From IMG/VR virus record IMGVR_UViG_3300009507_003420, positions 1 to 36,529 of that record: 36,529 bases of DNA. One strand, given 5' to 3'. Below are positions 17,116 through 26,380 of this stretch, piece by piece. Numbering within the stretch: position 1 is the stretch's first letter; the number at the start of each line of letters is the position of its first letter. The notes beneath the pieces were generated by a model, which saw only the letters and a list, made by a program, of their open reading frames with translations, was not told where the DNA came from and made no database searches. The DNA is from a virus. Taxonomy: Duplodnaviria > Caudoviricetes. The translations under genes were made by a program, and so were the position numbers.

Positions 17116-17855
17116 TGGACATAAAAGATCAAATAAAAAATGCTTCTACAGTAACTAATAAAGCACAAAGAAATTATGATCTAACTAAATTTATTCCACA
17201 AGAGGATTTAGATACGCTTATCTATGCTGCTGCTAATTCTCCTAGTAAACAAAATGAAACACATTATTCGTTACATGTGTATACTGATCAAACTATTATA
17301 AAACAAATATACAGTCATACAAAAAAATTTACATTAGCTAGAACTCAAGAAGACAAAGACCAAAGTTTTAGTGTAGAAAACGATGTCTTTATGCAGCATG
17401 ATGACAATTCAGTAACTAATTCGCAAATATATGCCAATGCGTTATTTGTATATGTTAAAGACGCAAGCACCATTAACAAATACAATGTGCAACATCATGC
17501 AGCAAAACTAAATCCTAACAGTTCTGCGGCAAAGAAATACGAAGAGCAAATAGCATATTCAATAGGTATATCGGTTGGAGAACTTATATTATCAGCGGGA
17601 TTACTTGGATACAACACAGGTATTTGTTCAGCATTAGACACAAGATCAATACGTGATATACTAGGAATAAAACAAAATCCAAAATTGCTTGTAGGTGTAG
17701 GGTATCCTAACAGCCAGCTTGAAAGGACACAACACTCAGAATTATTAAATAAAGATATACCTGAAAGATTTAGAACCGGTGAGCTAGACGAGCATATGAA
17801 ATTTCCAAGTTTTGACAAACACACAAAGGTAATTATTAATGGCATTGACACTTAA
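17115..17855 (+). CDS. nitroreductase-family flavoprotein (second, tandem)
   Basis: KAQRNY...AAANSPSKQN, IGISVGELILSAGLLGYNTGIC and LLVGVGYP. Confidence 0.82.
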   Translation: MDIKDQIKNASTVTNKAQRNYDLTKFIPQEDLDTLIYAAANSPSKQNETHYSLHVYTDQTIIKQIYSHTKKFTLARTQEDKDQSFSVENDVFMQHDDNSVTNSQIYANALFVYVKDASTINKYNVQHHAAKLNPNSSAAKKYEEQIAYSIGISVGELILSAGLLGYNTGICSALDTRSIRDILGIKQNPKLLVGVGYPNSQLERTQHSELLNKDIPERFRTGELDEHMKFPSFDKHTKVIINGIDT

Positions 17856-18678
17856 ACAGCTAAAAGGCAGTGAATATAGAACTGTAGACTTTTATCTATC
17901 GAAATCTTGTAATAAGAGCTGTCATTACTGTACAGCATGGACATTAGAAATGCGCTATTTACATGTTGATATGGATCTAGTGCGTACTATCCTAAAAGGA
18001 CTTGCACCGTATAAAACAAGAATCTGCTTACTTGGCGGCGAGCCCGGATTGATTAAAAATCTCGACGAAGTTATAGCAGAAATAAAAAAGCATCCTAATC
18101 TTATTCCTCAAGTACTATCCAATTCTTTAGTTCGTAAGTTTTATCCCCATGTTTTAGAAGATCCAGATATTATATACATTGAACACTTGGTACTAGATTT
18201 CTATGAGGATCGAATTGAAAAGCTAGGTAACTATCCTTTCCTACCAAAAAACGATATGAATAATTATAATCTTATTATAGAAACTCCTAACTACTTCAAA
18301 TACAGAGAAAATTTTGATCTATCAGAAATTGATCACGAAAATACAGAATTCAAAGAATATAATTCAAGATCACCTGACTTCTTTAATGATCACAAACTTG
18401 TACAGGCTCCGGAAATTGAAAGACGTATATGTGCAAAGTTTCCACAAGTGCCTGTGTTTGATTTTGAAATACAAAAGATCAGACACTGTAGCAGAAAAGC
18501 AATAAACGGATCAAGAGAGTTCGATATTACAATAGAAAATATTGAAAAAATGATGAACTATGATTTATTTGAATTTGAAAAATATTGCACAGTATGTATG
18601 GATATAATACCTAAACGTCCTGAAGCTAGAAGAAACGAAATACTTAACATAATCGAGAGTGAAAAACAATTAGGATGA
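17839..18678 (+). CDS. radical SAM enzyme
   Basis: CNKSCHYC, LLGGEPGL and LSNS; C-terminal C...HC...YCTVC cluster. Confidence 0.88.
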   Translation: MALTLKQLKGSEYRTVDFYLSKSCNKSCHYCTAWTLEMRYLHVDMDLVRTILKGLAPYKTRICLLGGEPGLIKNLDEVIAEIKKHPNLIPQVLSNSLVRKFYPHVLEDPDIIYIEHLVLDFYEDRIEKLGNYPFLPKNDMNNYNLIIETPNYFKYRENFDLSEIDHENTEFKEYNSRSPDFFNDHKLVQAPEIERRICAKFPQVPVFDFEIQKIRHCSRKAINGSREFDITIENIEKMMNYDLFEFEKYCTVCMDIIPKRPEARRNEILNIIESEKQLG

Positions 18679-20147
18679 ACATATATTCAGTTGCTGTGAA
18701 TATTCACGACCATAATACATACGACGGAATGTTTCATAACCAAGTAGAGCGACACAATAGGGTAAAACACAATCTTAACCCTAACAATTCGCATGACGAA
18801 GAACCAAGCAGACAGTTTTTTTGCGAACATTTCTTATCAAATTATCTTGATAAAGATGAGTTGTTTGCATTTACAGTAAGTAATCTAGGCCAACAATTTG
18901 TGTATGACATGCTAGAAGAAAGTCTTCCTGATATGGAATTTTTAAAATTTAAGCCAAAAGGCCTCTGGGACTATTATAAAACTGATACCTATTACTATAT
19001 TGACCATCATCAAAGTCATGCCGCTTATGCATACTTAACCTCAGGATATGAAAAATCAGACATACTAGCAATAGATGGAAGAGGCTGGCATTATAATTGT
19101 ATTTTTATTGATAAGTTTGATAACATTATAGATCTAAGTGAACGACTTCCAATAGGCGGTTTGTGGAATAGGCTTTCGCAAGACATGGGATTTGGTTATT
19201 TAGGTGCAGGAAAGACAATGGGGTTAGCAGGTTTTGGAAAATATAATGTTGAAATAGCTGATATGCTACACATGTATATGCAAAATCCTAATCACAAACT
19301 TCCAAGCGGATACCAAAAAGTTTTAGATAGAGTACCAAAAGAAGATGTTGCTTATACCTTACAAAAATTTACAGAACAATTAATAGAAGAATATGTATTT
19401 CCGTTAAAAACTTGTGATAATTTATGTATAGCAGGCGGTGTTGCATACAACGGTTACGTAAATGAGCAATGCACACATCATTGGTCAAATGTTCATGTAC
19501 CTCCTGCAGCTGGTGATGAAGGACAAGCATTAGGCACATATATGCATGCTGATTATACACAGAATGGTAACGTACACATTCCTGATGTATATGCTGGATT
19601 AGAATATGAATACAAAGGCAAAGAAAAAGTAAATTTGAAAGAAGTTGCACAAGCTATAGCTGATGGGAAAATAGTAGGATGGTTTCAAGGAAAAAGCGAA
19701 AGCGGTAACCGAGCATTAGGTAATAGAAGTATACTAGCTGATCCTAGAAATCTTAAAATTAAAGATATTATAAATTCTAAAATTAAACTACGTGAAGACT
19801 TTAGACCATTTGCTCCTAGTGTCCTTGAAGAACATTACAAACAATATTTTGATACTAATCAACCAAGTCCGTATATGAGTAGAATAATGCCTGTAATAAG
19901 TGATCAAATACCAGGCGTAACACATGTCGACGGAACAGCCCGTATACAAACTGTAACTAGAGACTTTAATCAAATTTACTATGATTTAATACATGAATTT
20001 TATAAAATTACTGGTATTCCTATGCTATTGAATACTAGTTTTAATTGTCAAGAACCTATTGTTGAAACACCAGAAGATGCACTTGCTACATTTAACAAAT
20101 GCGGACTTGATATTTTAGTAATAAATGAATATATTGTAAAGAAATAA
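18675..20147 (+). CDS. carbamoyltransferase, NodU/CmcH/TobZ family
   Basis: HHQSHAA, IDGRG, GKTMGLA, AGGVAYN, PAAGDEGQALG, ESGNRALGNRSILADP, KLREDFRPFAP, HVDGTARIQTV and LNTSFN. Confidence 0.95.
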   Translation: MNIYSVAVNIHDHNTYDGMFHNQVERHNRVKHNLNPNNSHDEEPSRQFFCEHFLSNYLDKDELFAFTVSNLGQQFVYDMLEESLPDMEFLKFKPKGLWDYYKTDTYYYIDHHQSHAAYAYLTSGYEKSDILAIDGRGWHYNCIFIDKFDNIIDLSERLPIGGLWNRLSQDMGFGYLGAGKTMGLAGFGKYNVEIADMLHMYMQNPNHKLPSGYQKVLDRVPKEDVAYTLQKFTEQLIEEYVFPLKTCDNLCIAGGVAYNGYVNEQCTHHWSNVHVPPAAGDEGQALGTYMHADYTQNGNVHIPDVYAGLEYEYKGKEKVNLKEVAQAIADGKIVGWFQGKSESGNRALGNRSILADPRNLKIKDIINSKIKLREDFRPFAPSVLEEHYKQYFDTNQPSPYMSRIMPVISDQIPGVTHVDGTARIQTVTRDFNQIYYDLIHEFYKITGIPMLLNTSFNCQEPIVETPEDALATFNKCGLDILVINEYIVKK

Positions 20148-20150
20148 AAA

Positions 20151-20864
20151 ATGTTAGACAGAGAAAACATAAACTTACTGAAAAATATACTAGGTTTACA
20201 TAACAAAAATCTAGATACAGAATTCTTGTACAAAGTTCTCACTGTGATAAAAGAAAAACCAGAATTAGAAAGAGATTTGTTTGATTCTTTTAGTAGTAAT
20301 CAATTTGCATCTAAGTCAGCATTATTAGGTGTTATAGATAATTTAAATATATTAGATAAAAAATCAAATGTAGCTATTTGGGGAAGCTGGTATGGAAGTA
20401 TATTGATACCCATGCTTGCAGAAAAAGTTAACAAGATTATATGTATAGATTTAGATAACAATGCTTTACAAATTGCAAAAAACAGATTGTTTGATAATTA
20501 TAAAAATGTAGATTACATATGTGACGATATATTTGCAAGTTGTAGAAAACAATATCGTGAAACAAATTTAATTATAAACACAAGTTGTGAACATATGAAA
20601 CCTATGAATGAATGGCCTTGGTTTGGCCCAGGTGCATTAAAGGAAGATAATATTTCAGGAAAAGATCCTAAACTATCTAGTAATTGTTATTTTGCATTCC
20701 AATCAAATAATATGTTTGATATAGAAGGACACGTTAACTGTGTTAATAGTTTAGAAGAGTTTAAAGATCAAATGCCCGAACGTGCAGAAATACTTTTTGA
20801 AGAAGAAGTAGAAGATACTAGAGGAACACGTTATATGCTAGTTGGTAAACTTAATCCCCTTTAG
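20151..20864 (+). CDS. class I SAM-dependent methyltransferase-like protein
   Basis: VAIWGSWYGSIL (motif I variant), CIDLD, ICDDIF, IINTSCEHM, FQSNN and RYMLVG. Confidence 0.7.
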   Translation: MLDRENINLLKNILGLHNKNLDTEFLYKVLTVIKEKPELERDLFDSFSSNQFASKSALLGVIDNLNILDKKSNVAIWGSWYGSILIPMLAEKVNKIICIDLDNNALQIAKNRLFDNYKNVDYICDDIFASCRKQYRETNLIINTSCEHMKPMNEWPWFGPGALKEDNISGKDPKLSSNCYFAFQSNNMFDIEGHVNCVNSLEEFKDQMPERAEILFEEEVEDTRGTRYMLVGKLNPL

Positions 20865-21473
20865 GATATCTCTAGCTATTAATTTTTGCGATTCTGGGCC
20901 TGGATGGTTACCATCAGCTGCTTTATCAACATAATGCAAAGACTGATTAATTAAGTCTACTTTATGCCATGTTGGATATTTATAATCTGTAAATATAGAG
21001 TTTTCCTCAGTCCTCATTCCCACAATAAAATTAAAAACATGTGGATGTTCTTGTAAATTATAGTTTGCTAAATTTATAGCCTCCAAAGATTCAAGAAAAC
21101 TATTATACGGATTATGAACCCACTTATAATAATTGTTAGATGTTTTAGAAAAATCTGTAGGTCGTATGTGTTTTGTCGTTTCTAGGTCTTTTAAAAATAC
21201 TGTTGATCTGTCAAATTCAGTCCATAATATTACTACTATGTCTTTTTTTGATATGTCAGTATTTAATATTTGATTTGCTATATATCTGTTAGAAGCTCCT
21301 GGGAATCCAACATTAACAACTTCTATACCTAAAATTTTTCCTAATAGTGCAGGCCAGGCATACTGACTAGGATTATTTGCTTTAGTTTCTCCATATTCGT
21401 TATGGTAATTTAGACAGTCTACTTGTCCTTCACCATAGGTATGACTGCACCCAAAAGCAAATAATCTACTCAT
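20838..21473 (-). CDS. SGNH/GDSL hydrolase-like protein
   Basis: FGCSHTYG (block I), G.PGASN (block II) and DGNHPG (block V). Confidence 0.8.
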   Translation of the reverse strand: MSRLFAFGCSHTYGEGQVDCLNYHNEYGETKANNPSQYAWPALLGKILGIEVVNVGFPGASNRYIANQILNTDISKKDIVVILWTEFDRSTVFLKDLETTKHIRPTDFSKTSNNYYKWVHNPYNSFLESLEAINLANYNLQEHPHVFNFIVGMRTEENSIFTDYKYPTWHKVDLINQSLHYVDKAADGNHPGPESQKLIARDILKGIKFTN

Positions 21474-22128
21474 TATATTTTTCCTTTAACCAATCAAAAT
21501 CGTTTATTAAGTTAATATCAGAGCTGCTAGAAAGGCCAAAGCGCATGCCATCGCGAGCACCTCGTAACGCATCTCCGCTATAATCTCCACTAGCATAAGT
21601 AGTCCAAGTTTTAAGTCGTTCATCTGTTTCCTCCTTGTTTTGTCTATCTATTGTTTTACTTGCCAATTTAGCACATTCTCTAAACGCACTACGCCAAGTA
21701 CTAAATGCATCTACATTGAATGCAGATATATTTGACAACTGATTCATTACAATAAATTTATTTGATATACTAGTCGTCATATCTGTAGACGTAGTGTCTA
21801 AATTTAAAGTTGCATCTCTAGGCAATAGTTTTACTCCGCCGTATCCGTATTCTAATCCATTTATAGGATTCTTACTAGTGTAAACATGTACAGCATCTTG
21901 ATTAATAAAATCTGGAATGTAAGTAAAATCAAAATCTTCTACAATAATTGCATCAGCATCAACTACCCAAAACATATTTGTAATAGCAATTTTAGCAGCC
22001 TCTATATGTGCTTGGTGTATTCCTTTTATACCATGTACACGTTTGACATAAGGAAATCGTTTTTTTAACACAGAATACCTATGTTCTGCATTAGGTTCTT
22101 GATAGCTTATAAAAACTATATCATACAT
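21466..22128 (-). CDS. GT-A-like glycosyltransferase (phage type)
   Basis: DIVFISYQEPNA, KRVHG..GIHQAH, DxD motif VDAD, YGYGGVKL and WRSAFRE; paralogue of 24961-25851. Confidence 0.7.
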   Translation of the reverse strand: MYDIVFISYQEPNAEHRYSVLKKRFPYVKRVHGIKGIHQAHIEAAKIAITNMFWVVDADAIIVEDFDFTYIPDFINQDAVHVYTSKNPINGLEYGYGGVKLLPRDATLNLDTTSTDMTTSISNKFIVMNQLSNISAFNVDAFSTWRSAFRECAKLASKTIDRQNKEETDERLKTWTTYASGDYSGDALRGARDGMRFGLSSSSDINLINDFDWLKEKYNE

Positions 22129-22148
22129 TGCATTTCTCTTGTAAGTAG

Positions 22149-23594
22149 TTATTCATATGTTCCAAGTGCCTTGTCGATATTTTTTGGATCTGGTTTTAGT
22201 ATCCACCCTTCTTTTTCTGCAAGTTCTATAATACTTGCATCAGTATCTGGAATACTTTTAACCCAGTCTGTTAGTATTTTAGGAAATACATCTAAACTTC
22301 TATGTCGACGTAAATCGTACTGTGCATAGAATGTTTTAAAGTCACGCCATAGTGTAACAGGATTGCTTGTACGTCTATGTGGAGCATCTACAGTTACTAA
22401 GTAATCTATCAAACGTTCGATACTTGCACGTTCATGTTCATTCCAGAATTCCTTGTTTTTGTTAACTTCATACCATATTGACAATTTGTTATGACAATAA
22501 TCCTTAATATGATTAGGTAGTGCTAATGGTGATTGAAAACTTGGAAAACGTAATAAGTTTAAACTAACTGTTGGCGATCTTGCCCCTGTATGTTGTTTTA
22601 ATTTATACACTTGATCAAGAAATTCTGTAATACTAAACAAACACAGGCTATTAATAGTCATCATAATACTTAAATTAGCATCAGTTTCATCTAATATACG
22701 TGTTGTATTTTTTAACCACATATCGTAATCTAACCCATCACGAATATATTCCGCTTGATCTCCAACAGCTTCACAACTTGTATAGATATCGAATCTTCTA
22801 ATACCTTTTGTTTTTTCGATTAACTTATCAATAATACTATCTTTAGCAATTAGATTACTATTAATAGCAAAGCGCATATTAGTTTCTTGCGAATTGAACC
22901 AATCAAACAACTTCCAAGTGTTTGCACTCATTAACGGCTCGCCGCCGGTGATACGTAATTCGTCTAAACTATCTGCTAAACCATTATCCCACCATTTCCA
23001 AAATGCTTGAATATAGGGATTGTCTTCATCGTCTTTATATGGTTGTGTCCAACTACCGTCTTGCTTAAATGCACCGGCGCCATCACTTACTAAGTTTGTA
23101 TACTCGCCATTCTTCTTAATGTCTTTTGCCCAAGTAGTTGAGAAACTTGCATTACAATAAGAACACGCTAGATTACAAGTTCTATCAAACGCAATTTCAA
23201 AAGTTTTAAGATTGGTATTTTCGTTTGCATCAGCATCATATGCTTGTTGTAATTCTTCGTCAGTATAGATAATACTTTTGAAAGTTCTGTCACTGACAGC
23301 ATCTTTTTTCATATCTTCCATCTTCCAACAATACTCGCACTCTGCAGGACGCTCTCCGTTTTGCATCATGCGCCGCATTTCTTTTTTATGCTTAGTATTA
23401 TGAATTGCTGTATAATTTTCTTCTATTTCTTCAAGAGGTATTTTATGTGCAGGTGGATGATGACAACTAGCCGTTGTACCGCTTCCTAGCCATGTAGTGG
23501 CATTATACCATTTAGCACCACAAAAACTTTTACCTTTTGGATCAATTACTCTTTCTTTATACTGTTGTAAAGATTCGTTCTTTTTACTAGGCAT
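22149..23594 (-). CDS. radical SAM enzyme with N-terminal Twitch-like domain
   Basis: FCGAKW...SCHHP...ECEYCW, then CNLACSYC, ITGGEPL, INSNL and EYIRDGL. Confidence 0.9.
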   Translation of the reverse strand: MPSKKNESLQQYKERVIDPKGKSFCGAKWYNATTWLGSGTTASCHHPPAHKIPLEEIEENYTAIHNTKHKKEMRRMMQNGERPAECEYCWKMEDMKKDAVSDRTFKSIIYTDEELQQAYDADANENTNLKTFEIAFDRTCNLACSYCNASFSTTWAKDIKKNGEYTNLVSDGAGAFKQDGSWTQPYKDDEDNPYIQAFWKWWDNGLADSLDELRITGGEPLMSANTWKLFDWFNSQETNMRFAINSNLIAKDSIIDKLIEKTKGIRRFDIYTSCEAVGDQAEYIRDGLDYDMWLKNTTRILDETDANLSIMMTINSLCLFSITEFLDQVYKLKQHTGARSPTVSLNLLRFPSFQSPLALPNHIKDYCHNKLSIWYEVNKNKEFWNEHERASIERLIDYLVTVDAPHRRTSNPVTLWRDFKTFYAQYDLRRHRSLDVFPKILTDWVKSIPDTDASIIELAEKEGWILKPDPKNIDKALGTYE

Positions 23595-24960
23595 CTTGCC
23601 AATCCTTTAATAACGTTGAATATTCTGGAAATATATTTGTAAAGTTTTTGTTCCTACGCTTATCGTATGCTTGTATATATCTTACAAACTTACTGCGCTG
23701 TTCTATTGCTGGTTGGTTACTACGTAAGTAATCGCATAGTCTTTGTATTTGATCCCATTCTTCTAAATATATTCTGCCAAATTTTTCAGTCTTTAATGTA
23801 GATTTTAACCACTTTTTGCAATTACTTTCAATTGCATCAGCATACATATTTCTATCTTCATTATTTAATAGCGTACATTGTAAATTCTGTGGCCAATGCA
23901 TTATATTAATACTAAGCGGAACTCTATTATCTTCAAGTCTTACATTATACTTTGATCTAAGTTCCATAAGTTTAATTATAAATTTGTTAAATGTTGGTAA
24001 ACTAAGAATATTTATAGTTGTCATTATTGCAACTTTGCATTTTGTATTAGACAGCATATCATGTACATTTAATAACCATTGATTATAATCTAGTCCGTCT
24101 CTTGCATATTCAGCTTGCTCACCTATACTTTCTATGCTGGTGTATATGTCAATTTGTTTTACATTGTTTTCAATTGCATTTATATTTTCTTTCAATCGTT
24201 CTATTAATACATTTGGTACACCTAAGTTTGTATTAATTGCAATATCAAGTTGAGGTTGCGGATGTTCTTTTATATAATCAAACAACTTCCATAAGTCCTT
24301 TGACATAGTAGGTTCACCGCCAGTAATACGCAATACTTTCAAATGAGGTAAAACTTCTGGAAACCATTTCCAAAAGGCTTCTACATAAGGATTGTGTTCG
24401 TTATTCTTGTAAGGCATCTTACCTATTTTCTTTAGGTAATTTAAATTATGGGCACCGTCTGGATAAGGACCGTTTTGCTTTACGTCTTCCATCCACTTGC
24501 TACTAATCTCGGGTGAACAGTAAGCACATGCAAAGTTACACGCATTACTAAATGATACTTCTAAGTAACTTGGATACACATTGTCTTGTGGATTACTTTT
24601 TGCAATTTCTTCAAACCTATCCCAAGCCCAGTTGTCACTTGTTTTATAATGTCTATCGCTAAAATATTCTTTGTTTAAATCTTCAATTTTCCAACAGTAC
24701 CCGCATTCACTAGGACGTTCACCTTTGAGCATTTTAGCACGTTGTTCTTTTTTAAACTTACTATTGTGTAATGCCGACGGATCTGCTTCTATTTCTTGTA
24801 ACGGAATCTTATGTGGAGCAGGATGGTGACAACTATGATTGTAACCGTTTTGTAATAGTAGCGTGGTTTGTAACCATTTCGCCGTGCAGAATGAACAACT
24901 TACATTGTTAATTTTATCACGTTTTTCTTCTAATACTTTTATATGCTGTTCATTGCTCAT
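23587..24960 (-). CDS. radical SAM enzyme with N-terminal Twitch-like domain (tandem paralogue)
   Basis: FCTAKW...SCHHP...ECGYCW, then CNFACAYC, ITGGEPT, INTNL and EYARDGL. Confidence 0.9.
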   Translation of the reverse strand: MSNEQHIKVLEEKRDKINNVSCSFCTAKWLQTTLLLQNGYNHSCHHPAPHKIPLQEIEADPSALHNSKFKKEQRAKMLKGERPSECGYCWKIEDLNKEYFSDRHYKTSDNWAWDRFEEIAKSNPQDNVYPSYLEVSFSNACNFACAYCSPEISSKWMEDVKQNGPYPDGAHNLNYLKKIGKMPYKNNEHNPYVEAFWKWFPEVLPHLKVLRITGGEPTMSKDLWKLFDYIKEHPQPQLDIAINTNLGVPNVLIERLKENINAIENNVKQIDIYTSIESIGEQAEYARDGLDYNQWLLNVHDMLSNTKCKVAIMTTINILSLPTFNKFIIKLMELRSKYNVRLEDNRVPLSINIMHWPQNLQCTLLNNEDRNMYADAIESNCKKWLKSTLKTEKFGRIYLEEWDQIQRLCDYLRSNQPAIEQRSKFVRYIQAYDKRRNKNFTNIFPEYSTLLKDWQDA

Positions 24961-25851
24961 TTACAATTTTATGTTTCTAGCAGGCTGAGTGTAAACTTTT
25001 TTAAAAAATTTACTCTGTTGCTCATCTAAAGGCATTTGACCTATTGGTAGTTTAAGTTCGTTTACTAACGAAGCTCCTAGAACTTCTATAGCTTCTAACA
25101 AATCATTACCTGTTATTTCTGTTTTTTGTTTTTCATTCCAAAGATTATTTAAATATGTAAAATCTCGCACTTGTATGTGATCCCAGTCTGTACACATTGT
25201 TTTAAAAACACCTTCTCTGGCTCCATATATAGTCCATAATCCGTTATCGACATCTGCGCCAACCATAGTCCATACCAATAATCTATTATAATTTTGCCAC
25301 CATAGTTTTTCTAAATCAGTAATAACTGATCCCCTGTTTAGAGACATTTTTACACCTTCACGAAATCCTGCTCTCCACGCCTGTTGAGGAGTTGAACTAA
25401 TAATACTAGTCGAAAAGTTTTCATTTAGTTGAAGATAATTGTCAAAGTAACAAAATTCTATACTTGTATCATCAGATCCGTCTGTATTTTCATGTGTTTT
25501 CATATTTTTTACAAACTCTCTTGTCCACATTTTAATACTACCATTACCATACATTAATCCGTTTACGTCTATCTTGCCGGCCCAGCTAAATTGAAAGTCT
25601 TTTGTTGCATTTAATTTATTTAAATCAAGCTCTACTTCTAAAAACTTAGGATTAATTATTGTATCTCCATCAATAGTGATAAAATTTTCAGTTTGGCTTA
25701 TGTCAGCACAGGCTTTGTGTGCCGCATCTGAACCTTCTACACCGTGTACACGTTTTGCCCAGGGCACTTTAGTTAATAAGTCTGCATAATTTTCTTCAGC
25801 ATTAGGTTCATCATAACTTAAAAATATTATATCTTGATCAATTATCTTCAT
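24961..25851 (-). CDS. GT-A-like glycosyltransferase (phage type)
   Basis: DIIFLSYDEPNA, KRVHGVEGSDAAH, DxD motif IDGD, YGNGSIKM and AWRAGFREG. Confidence 0.7.
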   Translation of the reverse strand: MKIIDQDIIFLSYDEPNAEENYADLLTKVPWAKRVHGVEGSDAAHKACADISQTENFITIDGDTIINPKFLEVELDLNKLNATKDFQFSWAGKIDVNGLMYGNGSIKMWTREFVKNMKTHENTDGSDDTSIEFCYFDNYLQLNENFSTSIISSTPQQAWRAGFREGVKMSLNRGSVITDLEKLWWQNYNRLLVWTMVGADVDNGLWTIYGAREGVFKTMCTDWDHIQVRDFTYLNNLWNEKQKTEITGNDLLEAIEVLGASLVNELKLPIGQMPLDEQQSKFFKKVYTQPARNIKL

Positions 25852-26380
25852 TTTTATATCCTACTGTATGTATGTGCGGTATATGACTACTATTAGTTAA
25901 CACCGATACTATTTTATGTGACGAGCAATTACTAATTTTTATTTCTTTTTGTATTGCAAGTTCTTTTAAATTAATACTAAATTTATCTAATAATATAAAT
26001 CTGTTAGTGCTATCTACAATATAATATTCTTTTAGATAATCTTCGCCGATTGATAACGCTGTACAATTTACATCGTCTATAAGATTATTTACAACCCATC
26101 CATTTTTTTCTTGTACAATTTGAATGCCTGATTCTAATGTATCTGCTTTATTTACAAAATTTGTATGGTATACTAGTTCTTCATCAATGTTTATAGGAAC
26201 AATGTGATAACTTCCTTTTGTTTTAACATTTTCAATCACTTTGTAATCAAACATTGCTTTTACGCCATTATTAAATTCATCAAAAGTCTTTTTATCAATT
26301 TTGATATAATTTTCAAGTGTTGCTTTAATATTAGAAACCGAAGTTATGTTGCCTTCTTCGTCATAGTGTATGTAAAACAT
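25838..26380 (-). CDS. hypothetical protein
   Basis: ATG at 26380 overlaps the upstream stop (TAATG); no motif recognised. Confidence 0.7.
   Translation of the reverse strand: MFYIHYDEEGNITSVSNIKATLENYIKIDKKTFDEFNNGVKAMFDYKVIENVKTKGSYHIVPINIDEELVYHTNFVNKADTLESGIQIVQEKNGWVVNNLIDDVNCTALSIGEDYLKEYYIVDSTNRFILLDKFSINLKELAIQKEIKISNCSSHKIVSVLTNSSHIPHIHTVGYKNEDN

Noticed and set aside
17845-17875. TTGACA as an internal sigma70 promoter
   Set aside because: It lies inside coding sequence and has no -10 hexamer at 16-18 nt spacing.
3702-21473. Bacterial chromosome or prophage-flank origin of the metabolic block
   Set aside because: It overlaps phage genes at its ends, carries the same TATAAATA-type motifs as the structural genes, and has no integrase, transposase or housekeeping genes. 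Chimerism cannot be fully excluded without reads.
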